Shown here in pieces: positions 18,972-28,371 of a stretch of 64,000 bases of DNA. The number at the start of each line of letters is the position of its first letter. Positions within the stretch are counted from its first letter, which is position 1. The stretch covers positions 1 to 64,000 of IMG/VR virus record IMGVR_UViG_3300032323_000793; one strand, 5' to 3'. The notes below the pieces were generated by a model. It made no database searches and had not been told where the DNA came from. It saw only the letters and a program-made list of their open reading frames with translations. This DNA comes from a virus. Both the position numbers and the translations under genes were made by a program.

Positions 18972-21301
18972 TGATAGAACCTAGTCAGCACCTGCAGAAT
19001 ATTTTTAATCATGCAGTTGAAGTAGCCAAAGAACTTAATCACGAATATATTACTGTGGAACATCTAGTCTACAGTATTATGTGTGATCAAGAATCGTTTG
19101 ATATGGTTTCCAATTTTGGAGCCAATGCTAATTTTATTAAAACCAATATAGATCACTATTTAAAAAACAATCTTAAAGAGATCTCTTCTGCTACACAAGT
19201 TGAAAAACCAAAAAAAACTACCAGTGTAGAAAGAGTATTAAATCGTTGCTTTACACAAGTATTGTTTAGTGGTCGTCAGCGTATGGAAGTTGCTGACGTA
19301 ATCATTAGTGTATTGGCTGAGAAGAATTCTTTTGGTTATTACTTTTTAAACAAAGGCGGGTTAACCAAAGAAAAATTTGTAAAATATTTCCAGGAAAACA
19401 TTGTTATAGAAGAAGAACAAGAAAGCATACCTGTGGCTACAAACAATCAAATAGAAAGAATTTTAAATCAATTTTGTACAAATTTAAGTTTACAGGCTAA
19501 ACAAAGAAAAATAGATCCTGTAATTGGCAGAGACGAAGAATTAGAAAAGATTCAACTAATCTTAGCAAGACGTAACAAATGTAATGCATTGTTAGTAGGC
19601 GAGCCAGGAGTAGGAAAAACTGCTATTGCTGAAGGTCTGGCTAGAAAAATCTTTGAAAAGAAAGTTCCTAAGTTTATTCAGGACCACACTGTGTACACTC
19701 TAGATATTTCTGCACTATTGGCTGGAAGTAAGTATCGAGGCGATTTTGAAGAACGTATCAAAGCGGTATTCGCGGCTTTAGAGAAAAAAGGTAAAGTTAT
19801 TATCTTTATTGACGAAGCACATATGATGCAAGGAGCAGGTGCTGCCAATCAAAGCAGCAACGACATGAGCAACATGTTAAAACCTATTCTTACTAAAAAG
19901 TCTATGAAATTGATTGCTTCAACTACTTGGGAAGAGTATCGTAAGCACTTTGAAAAGGATCGTGCCCTAATGCGCAGATTCCAACGTGTTACTGTTGACG
20001 AGCCTAGTGAGGAAGTATCAATTAAAATTCTCAAAGGTCTCAAGAAATATTACGAAAAACATCACGAAGTTAAAATTACTGATGCTGCCATTGAGCAAGC
20101 AGTAAAACTATCAGTGAAGTACATGAGTGACAAAAAACTTCCAGATAAGGCTATTGACATCCTAGATTGTGCTGCGGCTCGATATAAACTCAAAGACGAA
20201 GAAACCATGGAAGGTGTTGAACAAATAGTCGATATTGAACAAGTTTCATATGAACTCAGTAAAATGATCAACATGCCTTTAGAAATTGTAGCACAGAAAG
20301 AAAGCAAAAATCTTTCCGATTTAGAAGGCAATATGAAAACAGCAGTGCTAGGACAAGACAAGGCTGTAGATACTCTGTTAGATAAAATATTTGTAAGTCA
20401 AGCAGGTATGAAATCTCCCAATAAACCCATTGGAGCATTTTTATTCCTAGGTCCTACTGGTTGTGGTAAGACTGAAACTGCTAAACAACTATCTGAAAAG
20501 ATGGGTATGCAACTAGTTAGATTTGATATGAGCGAGTATCAAGAAAAACACAGTGTAGCAAGATTGATTGGCGCACCTCCGGGCTATGTTGGTTACGAGG
20601 ATAACGCTGGACAACTAATCACTAAATTGCAGGAACACCCTAATTGTGTGTTGCTGTTGGACGAAATTGAAAAATCTCATCCAGATGTGTCAAACATCTT
20701 ACTGCAATTTATGGATAACGGTTTTGTAACTGGATCTAACGGTAAACAAGCAGACGGTCGTAATTGTATTTTGATTATGACATCTAATCTAGGTGCTAGA
20801 GACAATGAAAATAATACCATAGGTTTTGGTGAATTAGAACGAGAAGGCGAAGACGACAAAGCCATCAAGAAATTTTTTCCACCAGAATTCCGCAATCGTT
20901 TAGATGCTGTGGTTAAGTTTAACAAACTAAGTTTTGAAACTGTAGAAAAAATTGTTCAGAAGTTTATCAACGAACTAAATTCTCAACTCAAAGACAAAAA
21001 TATTGAAATTGTTCCTAGTGAAGAATCTGTTAAATGGCTTGCAGAAAACGGTTACGACAAAAAGATGGGTGCTCGTCCGTTGGCACGTTTAATCGATAAC
21101 AAAGTTAAATCACCATTAAGTCGAAGAGTATTGTTTGGCGATCTTGTAAATGGCGGCAATGTTCATGTAGTATTATCAGGAAATGATCTTCAATTTGATA
21201 TTACTGAACGGGCAAAACCATTAACTAAACAAGAAAGAAAAGCATTAAAGAGAGGTATTCCTTTGCCTCTAACAGAACCAGTCACTGATGTACAAGAGTA
21301 A
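18971..21301 (+). CDS. clpA: ATP-dependent Clp protease ATP-binding subunit ClpA-like
   Basis: Clp N domain, GEPGVGKT, GPTGCGKT, FDMSEYQEKH, GAPPGYVG, IGF loop, GARPL. Confidence 0.9.
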   Translation: MIEPSQHLQNIFNHAVEVAKELNHEYITVEHLVYSIMCDQESFDMVSNFGANANFIKTNIDHYLKNNLKEISSATQVEKPKKTTSVERVLNRCFTQVLFSGRQRMEVADVIISVLAEKNSFGYYFLNKGGLTKEKFVKYFQENIVIEEEQESIPVATNNQIERILNQFCTNLSLQAKQRKIDPVIGRDEELEKIQLILARRNKCNALLVGEPGVGKTAIAEGLARKIFEKKVPKFIQDHTVYTLDISALLAGSKYRGDFEERIKAVFAALEKKGKVIIFIDEAHMMQGAGAANQSSNDMSNMLKPILTKKSMKLIASTTWEEYRKHFEKDRALMRRFQRVTVDEPSEEVSIKILKGLKKYYEKHHEVKITDAAIEQAVKLSVKYMSDKKLPDKAIDILDCAAARYKLKDEETMEGVEQIVDIEQVSYELSKMINMPLEIVAQKESKNLSDLEGNMKTAVLGQDKAVDTLLDKIFVSQAGMKSPNKPIGAFLFLGPTGCGKTETAKQLSEKMGMQLVRFDMSEYQEKHSVARLIGAPPGYVGYEDNAGQLITKLQEHPNCVLLLDEIEKSHPDVSNILLQFMDNGFVTGSNGKQADGRNCILIMTSNLGARDNENNTIGFGELEREGEDDKAIKKFFPPEFRNRLDAVVKFNKLSFETVEKIVQKFINELNSQLKDKNIEIVPSEESVKWLAENGYDKKMGARPLARLIDNKVKSPLSRRVLFGDLVNGGNVHVVLSGNDLQFDITERAKPLTKQERKALKRGIPLPLTEPVTDVQE

Positions 21302-21959
21302 TGTAACTAGAAAAAAATTCTACGGTAAATGGTTATACAAGGCTAGTCTTAGATTGCCTGGTATAGCCGTTCTACGGAATCATTCTTTAGATGATGTTGT
21401 TAATTTTTTAAGTCAAGAGCACTCTGAAGAAACTCTAAAATTACATTATTATCGAAAAGCCTATGCTAATCGAGATAATATCATAGATTTATGTTCATAT
21501 CTCTCTACACTAGATACTGCTGACTGGTCAAAAAGAATAGAAGTAAACAATCTAGATCTATATACTAACGATCAGACCATATACAACACAGTATGTGAGA
21601 AATTTAAACACATACTTTTGTTGTGCAGCGAGCCAGATCTATCTAGGTCGTTGGATTATGAAAATCAAAATCACATAGTTTGTAAAAAACTTCCCCACGA
21701 TCTCTATAGATATAAAATCTATCTAAAACCGCATAAGATGAAAAATGATAGATCAGGAAAACAAAATTACATAGACTGGTTAGGAACACAAAAAAATGTG
21801 TTAATCAGTGAATCAGTTAAGGATTGGTTTATACGCACTGATTGGAATTGGGATAGAAGATATATACTTGTTGAAGATCAACGAACTTTGTTGTTTTTAC
21901 ATATGCGCAGTCCCGAAGTCCTGGGCAAGGTTTACGAATACGTATTATCCGATAAATAA
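21288..21959 (+). CDS. Hypothetical protein
   Basis: 223-aa ORF overlapping the clpA end. Confidence 0.6.
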   Translation: MYKSNVTRKKFYGKWLYKASLRLPGIAVLRNHSLDDVVNFLSQEHSEETLKLHYYRKAYANRDNIIDLCSYLSTLDTADWSKRIEVNNLDLYTNDQTIYNTVCEKFKHILLLCSEPDLSRSLDYENQNHIVCKKLPHDLYRYKIYLKPHKMKNDRSGKQNYIDWLGTQKNVLISESVKDWFIRTDWNWDRRYILVEDQRTLLFLHMRSPEVLGKVYEYVLSDK

Positions 21960-21962
21960 GAG

Positions 21963-22331
21963 ATGCCCACTGAAAACACAATCTTATTGTCAAATGTAAC
22001 TGCAGAAGCAGGCAACGCTGATTTTTCCTACGGATCTAAGAAAAAAGCCTCAGGATATCACCAAAGCGGCGATGCTGTTCATACTGCTATCTATACTGTT
22101 AATAGTTTCTCAGGCACAATCAAGTTACAAGGAACTCTTAATCTCTATCCTGGGGATAACGACTGGGTTGACATCGTCAATACACAGATAGGTGATGACA
22201 GTTCCAGTGTTGGCGGAGTGCATGGTCAAAACTATTCAATTTCACGCAATTTTGTAGGTAATTTTGTATGGGTTCGCGCTGCATACAATCTACAAGACGG
22301 TACCATAGTAGATCTTCGGTTTAATTACTAA
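21963..22331 (+). CDS. Hypothetical beta-rich virion protein
   Basis: CGATAAATA box at 21950-58; F.G.I.LQGTL...DW.D...GNFVWVRA. Confidence 0.55.
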   Translation: MPTENTILLSNVTAEAGNADFSYGSKKKASGYHQSGDAVHTAIYTVNSFSGTIKLQGTLNLYPGDNDWVDIVNTQIGDDSSSVGGVHGQNYSISRNFVGNFVWVRAAYNLQDGTIVDLRFNY

Positions 22332-22375
22332 GATAGTAGTCACGATAAATACAGTATTGCCCCACGAGGAATACT

Positions 22376-23125
22376 ATGAGAGACCTATTATCTAAATTAG
22401 ATGCACTAGTCAGTGAAACAGCACTTAAAGATCCTGCAGATCTAGCAGCCAAGCGCAAAGCACTAGATGATTTAGAATCAGATCCCGTGGCTTCAAAGGA
22501 TCCTGAAATTTCAGCCGCTATTGATCAGCGTAGAGTAGATCTAGAAAAAGAAGCCGAATCTAAGGGATTCACAGAAAACGAAGATGTATACCAAGTTGGG
22601 GACTCCTTCGGTATTAGTTTTTCTGAAGATTTTGAAATTGAAACAGAGATTGTTGATATCGTAGAAGACGGTATCGTAGTAGAATTAGATGAATATTCTT
22701 TAAATTACATTACCAACGAAGGTTTGTCATTTGAAGATGCGCAATTAGACGAAGAAAAACAAAAAGGTGTTGATGGCAAAGCCTGTTGGAAAGGCTACAA
22801 GCGCATGGGCACTAAACAAAAGGGCGGTAAGACTGTAGACAACTGTGTCAAGATGGGTGAAGACCTAGAAGAAGATCAAACAGACGAAGCCAAATATCAA
22901 GGTCGTGAAGTACCGTTAGGTAAGAAGATGGCCGGCGATGTTAAAAAATCAAAAGTATATGTACGCAAGCCAAACGGTAACATTGTCAAAGTAAACTTTG
23001 GCGATAAAAAAATGCGTATTAAGAAATCTAATCCTAAAAGACGCAAGTCATTTAGAGCACGTCATAACTGCAAGAATCCAGGTCCACGTTGGAAAGCACG
23101 TTATTGGTCTTGTAGGAGTTGGTAA
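22376..23125 (+). CDS. Putative capsid-internal protein (modular: acidic N-terminus, basic C-terminus)
   Basis: CGATAAATA at 22343-51; ACWKGY..G.K.KGGK.V.NCV and RKSFRARHNC...ARYWSC modules separated by acidic xxE sites. Confidence 0.55.
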   Translation: MRDLLSKLDALVSETALKDPADLAAKRKALDDLESDPVASKDPEISAAIDQRRVDLEKEAESKGFTENEDVYQVGDSFGISFSEDFEIETEIVDIVEDGIVVELDEYSLNYITNEGLSFEDAQLDEEKQKGVDGKACWKGYKRMGTKQKGGKTVDNCVKMGEDLEEDQTDEAKYQGREVPLGKKMAGDVKKSKVYVRKPNGNIVKVNFGDKKMRIKKSNPKRRKSFRARHNCKNPGPRWKARYWSCRSW

Positions 23126-23460
23126 TGTTACTAAGAGAAATGTTTAGCCCTATTGGGGCACCTAAAGACGAAGAGCAAGACATTAATTGGCTTGAAGATC
23201 TCAAATTCTTCATGGACAACGATGATCAAATGCTGAATCAGTTTTTCTTTCCAGCAGTAAAAAAACACAAAGATCACAAAGGTAATCCTGACGCATATAA
23301 ATTATATGTACATCCTTTAATGAGATGCAAAGAGGCCTATTGTGAAAAGTTTGAGATTGAAAAACCTGAATTAAAATTTCCTAAAGAAAAAATTATAGAA
23401 TTAGCCAAGTATATTGCTAATGAGCAAGAACAGTTTTTAGAAAAAGGCGATTACAATTAA
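23125..23460 (+). CDS. Hypothetical protein with MLLRE leader
   Basis: TAATG coupling; AGGAG RBS. Confidence 0.6.
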   Translation: MLLREMFSPIGAPKDEEQDINWLEDLKFFMDNDDQMLNQFFFPAVKKHKDHKGNPDAYKLYVHPLMRCKEAYCEKFEIEKPELKFPKEKIIELAKYIANEQEQFLEKGDYN

Positions 23461-24779
23461 TGCTGTTAAGAGAGTTATTCGAAGCCGAAGGTAAACATGC
23501 AACGTTCTGCTTCGGCAGAATGAATCCTCCCACGATAGGTCATGCTAAAGTTTTTGAAACTATGGCTGGACAAGGTGGAGATTATTTTATTTTTGTAAGC
23601 CAGAGTCAAGATAAAAAAGAAAATCCTTTAGACTACAGTACAAAAATTAAATTTATAAAGGCCATACATAAAGAATATGCTAGTCATGTTATAGAAGACA
23701 GTGGTATTAACACTGTGGTTAAGGCAGCCAGTTATCTTTATGACCAAGGATATAGAGATGTTACGTTTGTTGCAGGCAGTGATAGATTAGAACAATTTAA
23801 AAAATTACTGACTCAGTACAACGGAGTAGAAGGCAAAGCACATGGATTTTATAAATTTGATGTTTTAGATTTCGTTAGCAGTGGTGAACGTGAAGATGGT
23901 GCAGAAGGTGTTGCAGGTGTAAGTGCTTCTGGTGCTAGGCTTGCGGCAGCAAATAATGATCTCGAATCATTTAAAAAGGCCACTGGTGCTGGAGAAATGG
24001 CACAATCAATGTTTGATGCTGTTCGTAAAGGCATGGGAATTTCTGAAAATTTAGAAATTAACGAACTGGCCGACGAAGAAGAATATTACAAATTTATTGT
24101 AGGAAAATTAAAATTAGGAAGAATACTAACTAAAAGAGAACAAGAATTTGTCAAAACCTACAGATTGATGCACAAAACAGAGAGCACCGATATGAAAGCA
24201 AAAGAATTTATACCAGCAAGTAAACCTAGAAACTTTGTAGCAAAGAATCAACAGACTGCAGGTGCTGGCGCACACAAAGATAAGAAACGTGCTGAGAAGC
24301 AAGGTGATGTTAAGCACAAGCAGAAACAGTTCGAACAGAGTACGGTGGAGGCGGAGAATATTGGTCAACAAATGGCCAACGACGGCGTCACTTACAGTCC
24401 AGAAAAAGAAAATGAAATTATTGACCTAATGGCTCAATATATGCAAAAAGCAGGCATGAGTCCGAAACAAATTCGTTATCTATTAAGTTACGACGAAGAC
24501 TATGTTTCTGATCAACTAGCATTCCTTCCTAGAAAAGATATGAACGAAAGAGTAAGAGATCCAGAAGATTGGGATGAGGGCAATACGGAACCGCCTAATA
24601 ACTTTGCCGTATATATTAACGGTAAGAAGTGGAAAGTATTTAAGGGTCGTGGTCAGTTTGCTGACGACTACAAAGAAAGAGATCACTATCGCCAGTTGCA
24701 GAGTTGGGCTCAGCAAAAATCTGCCCAGACTGGCAAGAAGTGGGAAGTTTCTATTACCGGTGAAGCACCTACAGCATAA
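23460..24779 (+). CDS. HxGH nucleotidyltransferase (phage cytidyltransferase-like) with C-terminal extension
   Basis: FGRMNPPTIGH, NPL....K, VAGSDR, SSGER, SAS.AR. Confidence 0.75.
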   Translation: MLLRELFEAEGKHATFCFGRMNPPTIGHAKVFETMAGQGGDYFIFVSQSQDKKENPLDYSTKIKFIKAIHKEYASHVIEDSGINTVVKAASYLYDQGYRDVTFVAGSDRLEQFKKLLTQYNGVEGKAHGFYKFDVLDFVSSGEREDGAEGVAGVSASGARLAAANNDLESFKKATGAGEMAQSMFDAVRKGMGISENLEINELADEEEYYKFIVGKLKLGRILTKREQEFVKTYRLMHKTESTDMKAKEFIPASKPRNFVAKNQQTAGAGAHKDKKRAEKQGDVKHKQKQFEQSTVEAENIGQQMANDGVTYSPEKENEIIDLMAQYMQKAGMSPKQIRYLLSYDEDYVSDQLAFLPRKDMNERVRDPEDWDEGNTEPPNNFAVYINGKKWKVFKGRGQFADDYKERDHYRQLQSWAQQKSAQTGKKWEVSITGEAPTA

Positions 24780-25015
24780 TGGAACTATCAGAATTAAAAC
24801 GTCTTGCTGGTATAAACGAATTTAAGGGATACGTAAAATACGATCTTGTTAATCCGCTTGACGGTAGTAATGTTAGTATAACTGGCAACGAAAAACAACA
24901 GTTAGAAAAAAAACATAACATTAGGCCAGGAACACCTGAATGGTTTCAGTTATGGTTTAGTTTACCTTATATGACAGGCGAACGACCTGTAGGGGATAAA
25001 AAATGGTTGAGATAA
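24779..25015 (+). CDS. Hypothetical protein
   Basis: ELKRLAGI motif and [13 protein letters not shown]. Confidence 0.6.
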   Translation: MELSELKRLAGINEFKGYVKYDLVNPLDGSNVSITGNEKQQLEKKHNIRPGTPEWFQLWFSLPYMTGERPVGDKKWLR

Positions 25016-25329
25016 CAGACTCTGCTAGATCTAAAGTTATTGATCTTTTGCTAGAGGAAAATAATCCTAATTTGAAATTAAGAACATTTGTACAAGGTGG
25101 CGGGTGTTCTGGCTTTCAATATGGTTTTACCTTTGATGAAGAGCAGAACGAGGACGATTGGGAAATTCCTTTAGATGATAAATGGACAGTTGTAATAGAT
25201 TCAATGAGTATGCAGTACATGGATGGTGCAGTGATTGACTATCAAGAAGGTTTACATGGATCTAACTTTAGCATTAAAAATCCTAATGCGCAAACAACCT
25301 GCGGATGCGGTAGTAGTTTTTCAGTATGA
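25003..25329 (+). CDS. erpA: A-type Fe-S carrier (ErpA/IscA/HesB)
   Basis: [17 protein letters not shown] and [14 protein letters not shown]. Confidence 0.9.
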   Translation: MVEITDSARSKVIDLLLEENNPNLKLRTFVQGGGCSGFQYGFTFDEEQNEDDWEIPLDDKWTVVIDSMSMQYMDGAVIDYQEGLHGSNFSIKNPNAQTTCGCGSSFSV

Positions 25330-25403
25330 ACCCGAACGATTATCCAGTGTACCCAGAGGATGACGGGTATGACACTCCAAAGAATCCTTATAGTCCAGTA
25401 TGA
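25326..25403 (+). CDS. 25-aa micro-[28 protein letters not shown] (absent from the ORF track)
   Basis: ATGA overlaps with both the erpA stop and the next start; fills the gap exactly. Confidence 0.55.
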   Translation: MNPNDYPVYPEDDGYDTPKNPYSPV

Positions 25404-26185
25404 GAGCACACGAGTTCGTCACTGAAAGAAAAAGTAAACGCAAGAAACCGCGTTGGGCTGCTTACGGTCCGGGCCCGTATGGCGGCTACGGTTATGCTGT
25501 AGGTTACAGTGGCGATGGTGGTGGCGGTGTTGGTGAAGAATTTGCTGACGAAGGATGGAAAGATTGGGCCGCTGCTGGTGCATTAGGCACAGCATTAGCA
25601 TTTGGCGCTCCAGGCGATGCCGAAGCATCGAAATCAAATAAACCTGATATTGTAAAACAAGTAAGTAAAAAAGATTTATCAAAAACAGTAACAGGTAATC
25701 CACACGAAGTTATTCTAAAAAAAGAAGCAGAGAAAGCAGGTATTAAAGGACAAGAACTGGCTGCATTTTTAGCACAAGCCGCACACGAAACATTGGACTT
25801 CAAACATATGAAAGAGATCGGTGGTTCGTTAGATTTTAAAAAATACGACATACGATTTGCACCAAAGAAAGCCAAGGTACTAGGTAATACTAAACCCGGC
25901 GACGGTGCAAAATATAAAGGTCGAGGGTATATACAACTTACCGGCAAATATAATTATAAACGTGCAGGACAAGCATTAGGACTAGATCTAGTTAATAAAC
26001 CGGAATTAGTCGAACGCCCAGACGTGGCTGCTAAAGTTGCAGTGTGGTATTGGCAGCATCGTGTACAACCTAAAGTTTCAGATTTCAAAGATGTCAAAGA
26101 TGTAACTAAACCTATTAATCCGGGACTTAAACATTTAGATCAACGTAAAGAAAAACATCAAGCATTCCAGGTAGCAATGAAATGA
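25400..26185 (+). CDS. Second GH19 lysozyme/chitinase with N-terminal extension (putative virion-associated)
   Basis: AAFLAQAAHET, LGN...GDG.KYKGRGYIQLTGKYNY; MRAHEFVTE leader. Confidence 0.8.
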   Translation: MRAHEFVTERKSKRKKPRWAAYGPGPYGGYGYAVGYSGDGGGGVGEEFADEGWKDWAAAGALGTALAFGAPGDAEASKSNKPDIVKQVSKKDLSKTVTGNPHEVILKKEAEKAGIKGQELAAFLAQAAHETLDFKHMKEIGGSLDFKKYDIRFAPKKAKVLGNTKPGDGAKYKGRGYIQLTGKYNYKRAGQALGLDLVNKPELVERPDVAAKVAVWYWQHRVQPKVSDFKDVKDVTKPINPGLKHLDQRKEKHQAFQVAMK

Positions 26186-26382
26186 GAGCGCACGAGTTTA
26201 TCTTAGAGAACTTTGCAGATGGTAAAGTTAAAGGAAAAAGCCGACCGGGACGTGTAAAGCGTTCAGGTGCTAGTTGTAATGGCTCCGTGACTGATCTAAG
26301 AAAACGTGCTAAAAATGCATCGGGAGAAAAGGCTAAAATGTATCACTGGTGCGCTAATATGAAGAGCGGACGTAATAAATAA
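26182..26382 (+). CDS. Small basic protein with MRAHEFILE leader
   Basis: ENFADGK...GR..HW.ANMKSG; ATGA overlap. Confidence 0.6.
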   Translation: MRAHEFILENFADGKVKGKSRPGRVKRSGASCNGSVTDLRKRAKNASGEKAKMYHWCANMKSGRNK

Positions 26383-26387
26383 CATAT

Positions 26388-26633
26388 ATGAAAATCAAAG
26401 AATTATTAGAAACCGCTACAGCAGGATCCACTTCGGCAGGTAGTATTGCCACTGTGGATGCTCCACATATTAGCCCAGGGGCTGCTAGGGGTAAGAAAAG
26501 TTATATTGGAAGCCCAGGAAAAAGCGGTACTAAAGCACCTCCACAGCCTAAGCCTAAAAAACAAAAGCCTACAGATAATGCTTTGAATATGAAGGGAGTT
26601 AGCCTTTTTGGTGGCCCTACAATAAAAAGATAA
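26388..26633 (+). CDS. Small basic protein with MKIKELLE leader
   Basis: E.ATAG.T.AG.IA motif; TAAATA at 26376-81. Confidence 0.6.
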   Translation: MKIKELLETATAGSTSAGSIATVDAPHISPGAARGKKSYIGSPGKSGTKAPPQPKPKKQKPTDNALNMKGVSLFGGPTIKR

Positions 26634-26661
26634 ATACAATACGATTCAAGGAAACCTTAAA

Positions 26662-27660
26662 ATGGATTTTAAATCACTGATCAGCAAAATTGAAAGTATC
26701 GATGGACCTATCGATACACCAAAAGCACCCGAAAAGGCTGCTCCAATTCGTTTAGACGAAGATACAGAATTACGTGTGTTAGCAGGAGTTACTGCTTTAA
26801 CTGAAAGCATTATTGCTGAAAAAGCAGTGAGCAAGGCACAACAAAAATTTATGGGCATGGTTCACGCTACACAAAAAGGCGAAAAGCCAGCAAGTAAAGA
26901 TGTTGCTAAGGTTGCTAAAGATATGGGCAAGAAAGATGCTAAAGATTTTGCATCTACAAAGCACAAAGGTCTTCCAGAGAAGAAAAAGAAAGATGAATCG
27001 TTAGAAGTTGCTGAAGCAAGCGATCGCGCTCCTGCAAAGAAATCAGAAAGAGAAGTTGAACTTCCAAGTGGCGCAAAAGTAAAGGCTACTAAAGTACAAG
27101 GGTGGCAAAGCCAGAAAGCAGATAAAGAGTCTGACAAAGATAAAAAGAAAGACGAAAGCATTGATAAAACTGCATTCAAAGAAAAGTTTACCAAGATGGT
27201 AGAAGCCAAAAAAGATAAAATGGCTAAGAAAGACAAGAAGATGGACGAAGCAGCCAAGCCAGATTTCTTAGACATGGACAAAGACGGTGACAAGAAAGAG
27301 CCAATGAAAAAAGCAGTTGCCGACAAAGGCGGTGCTAAGAAAGACGGCAAGAAAGGTATGTCAGCCAAGCAAGAAAAATTCTTTGGCAAGAAGAACGAAT
27401 CTGTTAAAAAAGATAAAGCAGTTGTAGCAGAAAGCGTTGAGACAAAACTTAGCCTAAAAGAAATGTTAAAACTAGTTAACGAAAGTGGCGGACAACAAGC
27501 AATCGATCCATTAGACAAAGCGTTATGGACATGGGCTAATCGAGTTGCTGTTACTAAAATTCAAGAAAGCCAAAAGGCAGAAATTTTTGCTGCTATGATC
27601 TACGAAAGAAACGGTGGACGTTTTGAAATGTATGACGTGTTAAGCGAAGACCAAAAGTAA
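26662..27660 (+). CDS. Highly charged Lys/Asp/Glu-rich putative internal head protein (DUF3008-like module, DxDxDG motif)
   Basis: AVSKAQQKFMGMVHA...ASTKHKGLPEK; PDFLDMDKDGD; TAAATA at 26631-36. Confidence 0.6.
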   Translation: MDFKSLISKIESIDGPIDTPKAPEKAAPIRLDEDTELRVLAGVTALTESIIAEKAVSKAQQKFMGMVHATQKGEKPASKDVAKVAKDMGKKDAKDFASTKHKGLPEKKKKDESLEVAEASDRAPAKKSEREVELPSGAKVKATKVQGWQSQKADKESDKDKKKDESIDKTAFKEKFTKMVEAKKDKMAKKDKKMDEAAKPDFLDMDKDGDKKEPMKKAVADKGGAKKDGKKGMSAKQEKFFGKKNESVKKDKAVVAESVETKLSLKEMLKLVNESGGQQAIDPLDKALWTWANRVAVTKIQESQKAEIFAAMIYERNGGRFEMYDVLSEDQK

Positions 27661-27676
27661 TTTAACCAAATTACTT

Positions 27677-27710
27677 AAAAAAGCCAGTCCTTAGTTGACT
27701 GGCTTTTTTT
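27677..27710. terminator. Bidirectional Rho-independent terminator
   Basis: AAAAAAGCCAGTC-CTTAGTT-GACTGGCTTTTTTT. Confidence 0.8.
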
Positions 27711-27723
27711 ATGACTATATAAT
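27695..27723 (+). promoter_or_regulatory. Sigma70-type promoter of the replication block
   Basis: TTGACT, 17-nt spacer, TATAAT. Confidence 0.75.
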
Positions 27724-27748
27724 ATACTTTTGCAACAGGAGAACAGCA

Positions 27749-28009
27749 ATGGCAAAAATGTATGGTCCAGAAGAAAAAGCCAAATTAGAAAGACTAATCA
27801 ACGAGGGCGGTAATGTTCTTAGAGAAGTTGAAGACTTGCAAGAAGGTCTAAAAGAAACTGTTAAAGCAGTTGCAGAAGAACTGCAAATTAAACCTTCAAT
27901 TATTAATAAAGCAATTAAAATTGCACACAAAGACAATTGGAAATCACACGAAGAAGAGTGGGATGAGATTGAAATGATTCTAGGTGTTACCAAGCGATTG
28001 CCTGAATGA
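27749..28009 (+). CDS. T4 DsbA-like dsDNA-binding protein
   Basis: 86 aa; L..LI.E...K....A.EEL.I....N......HKDN....EE..E pattern resembles T4 DsbA; AGGAG RBS. Confidence 0.6.
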   Translation: MAKMYGPEEKAKLERLINEGGNVLREVEDLQEGLKETVKAVAEELQIKPSIINKAIKIAHKDNWKSHEEEWDEIEMILGVTKRLPE

Positions 28010-28290
28010 TAAACATATTATATGGAATCATCGATTGGATCAAAGAGGATTGGGAAAGCGGTAGAGTACGTTTTTGTCTTGAGGTCGTTGCTTGGGCTAT
28101 TTCTATTGGTTGTTCTGTCGTTATGGCACTCACCGTTCCAACCCCACCTCTCCTTATTCTTTACCCAATTTGGATTATTGGTTGTGCTATATATGCTTGG
28201 TGCTCTTATAGTCGTGGTTCCTTTGGTATGTTGGCTAATTATATACTTCTTACAACCATAGATACTATTGGTCTTATTCGCATGCTATAA
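28006..28290 (+). CDS. Small membrane protein (about 3 TM)
   Basis: Hydrophobic helices; ATGA overlap. Confidence 0.6.
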   Translation: MINILYGIIDWIKEDWESGRVRFCLEVVAWAISIGCSVVMALTVPTPPLLILYPIWIIGCAIYAWCSYSRGSFGMLANYILLTTIDTIGLIRML

Positions 28291-28371
28291 ATACAGCAGT
28301 AAAAGAAGGTAGGCAGGGCCATAAACCGCACAGTAGGTATTTGCAAGCCAAAAATTGCATAGGAGAAAAAT
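28286..28371 (+). promoter_or_regulatory. TATAAATA box and hairpin leader of the DNA polymerase gene
   Basis: Exact T4 late consensus at 28286-93; TGCAA-GCCAAAAA-TTGCA hairpin abutting AGGAG. Confidence 0.5.
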
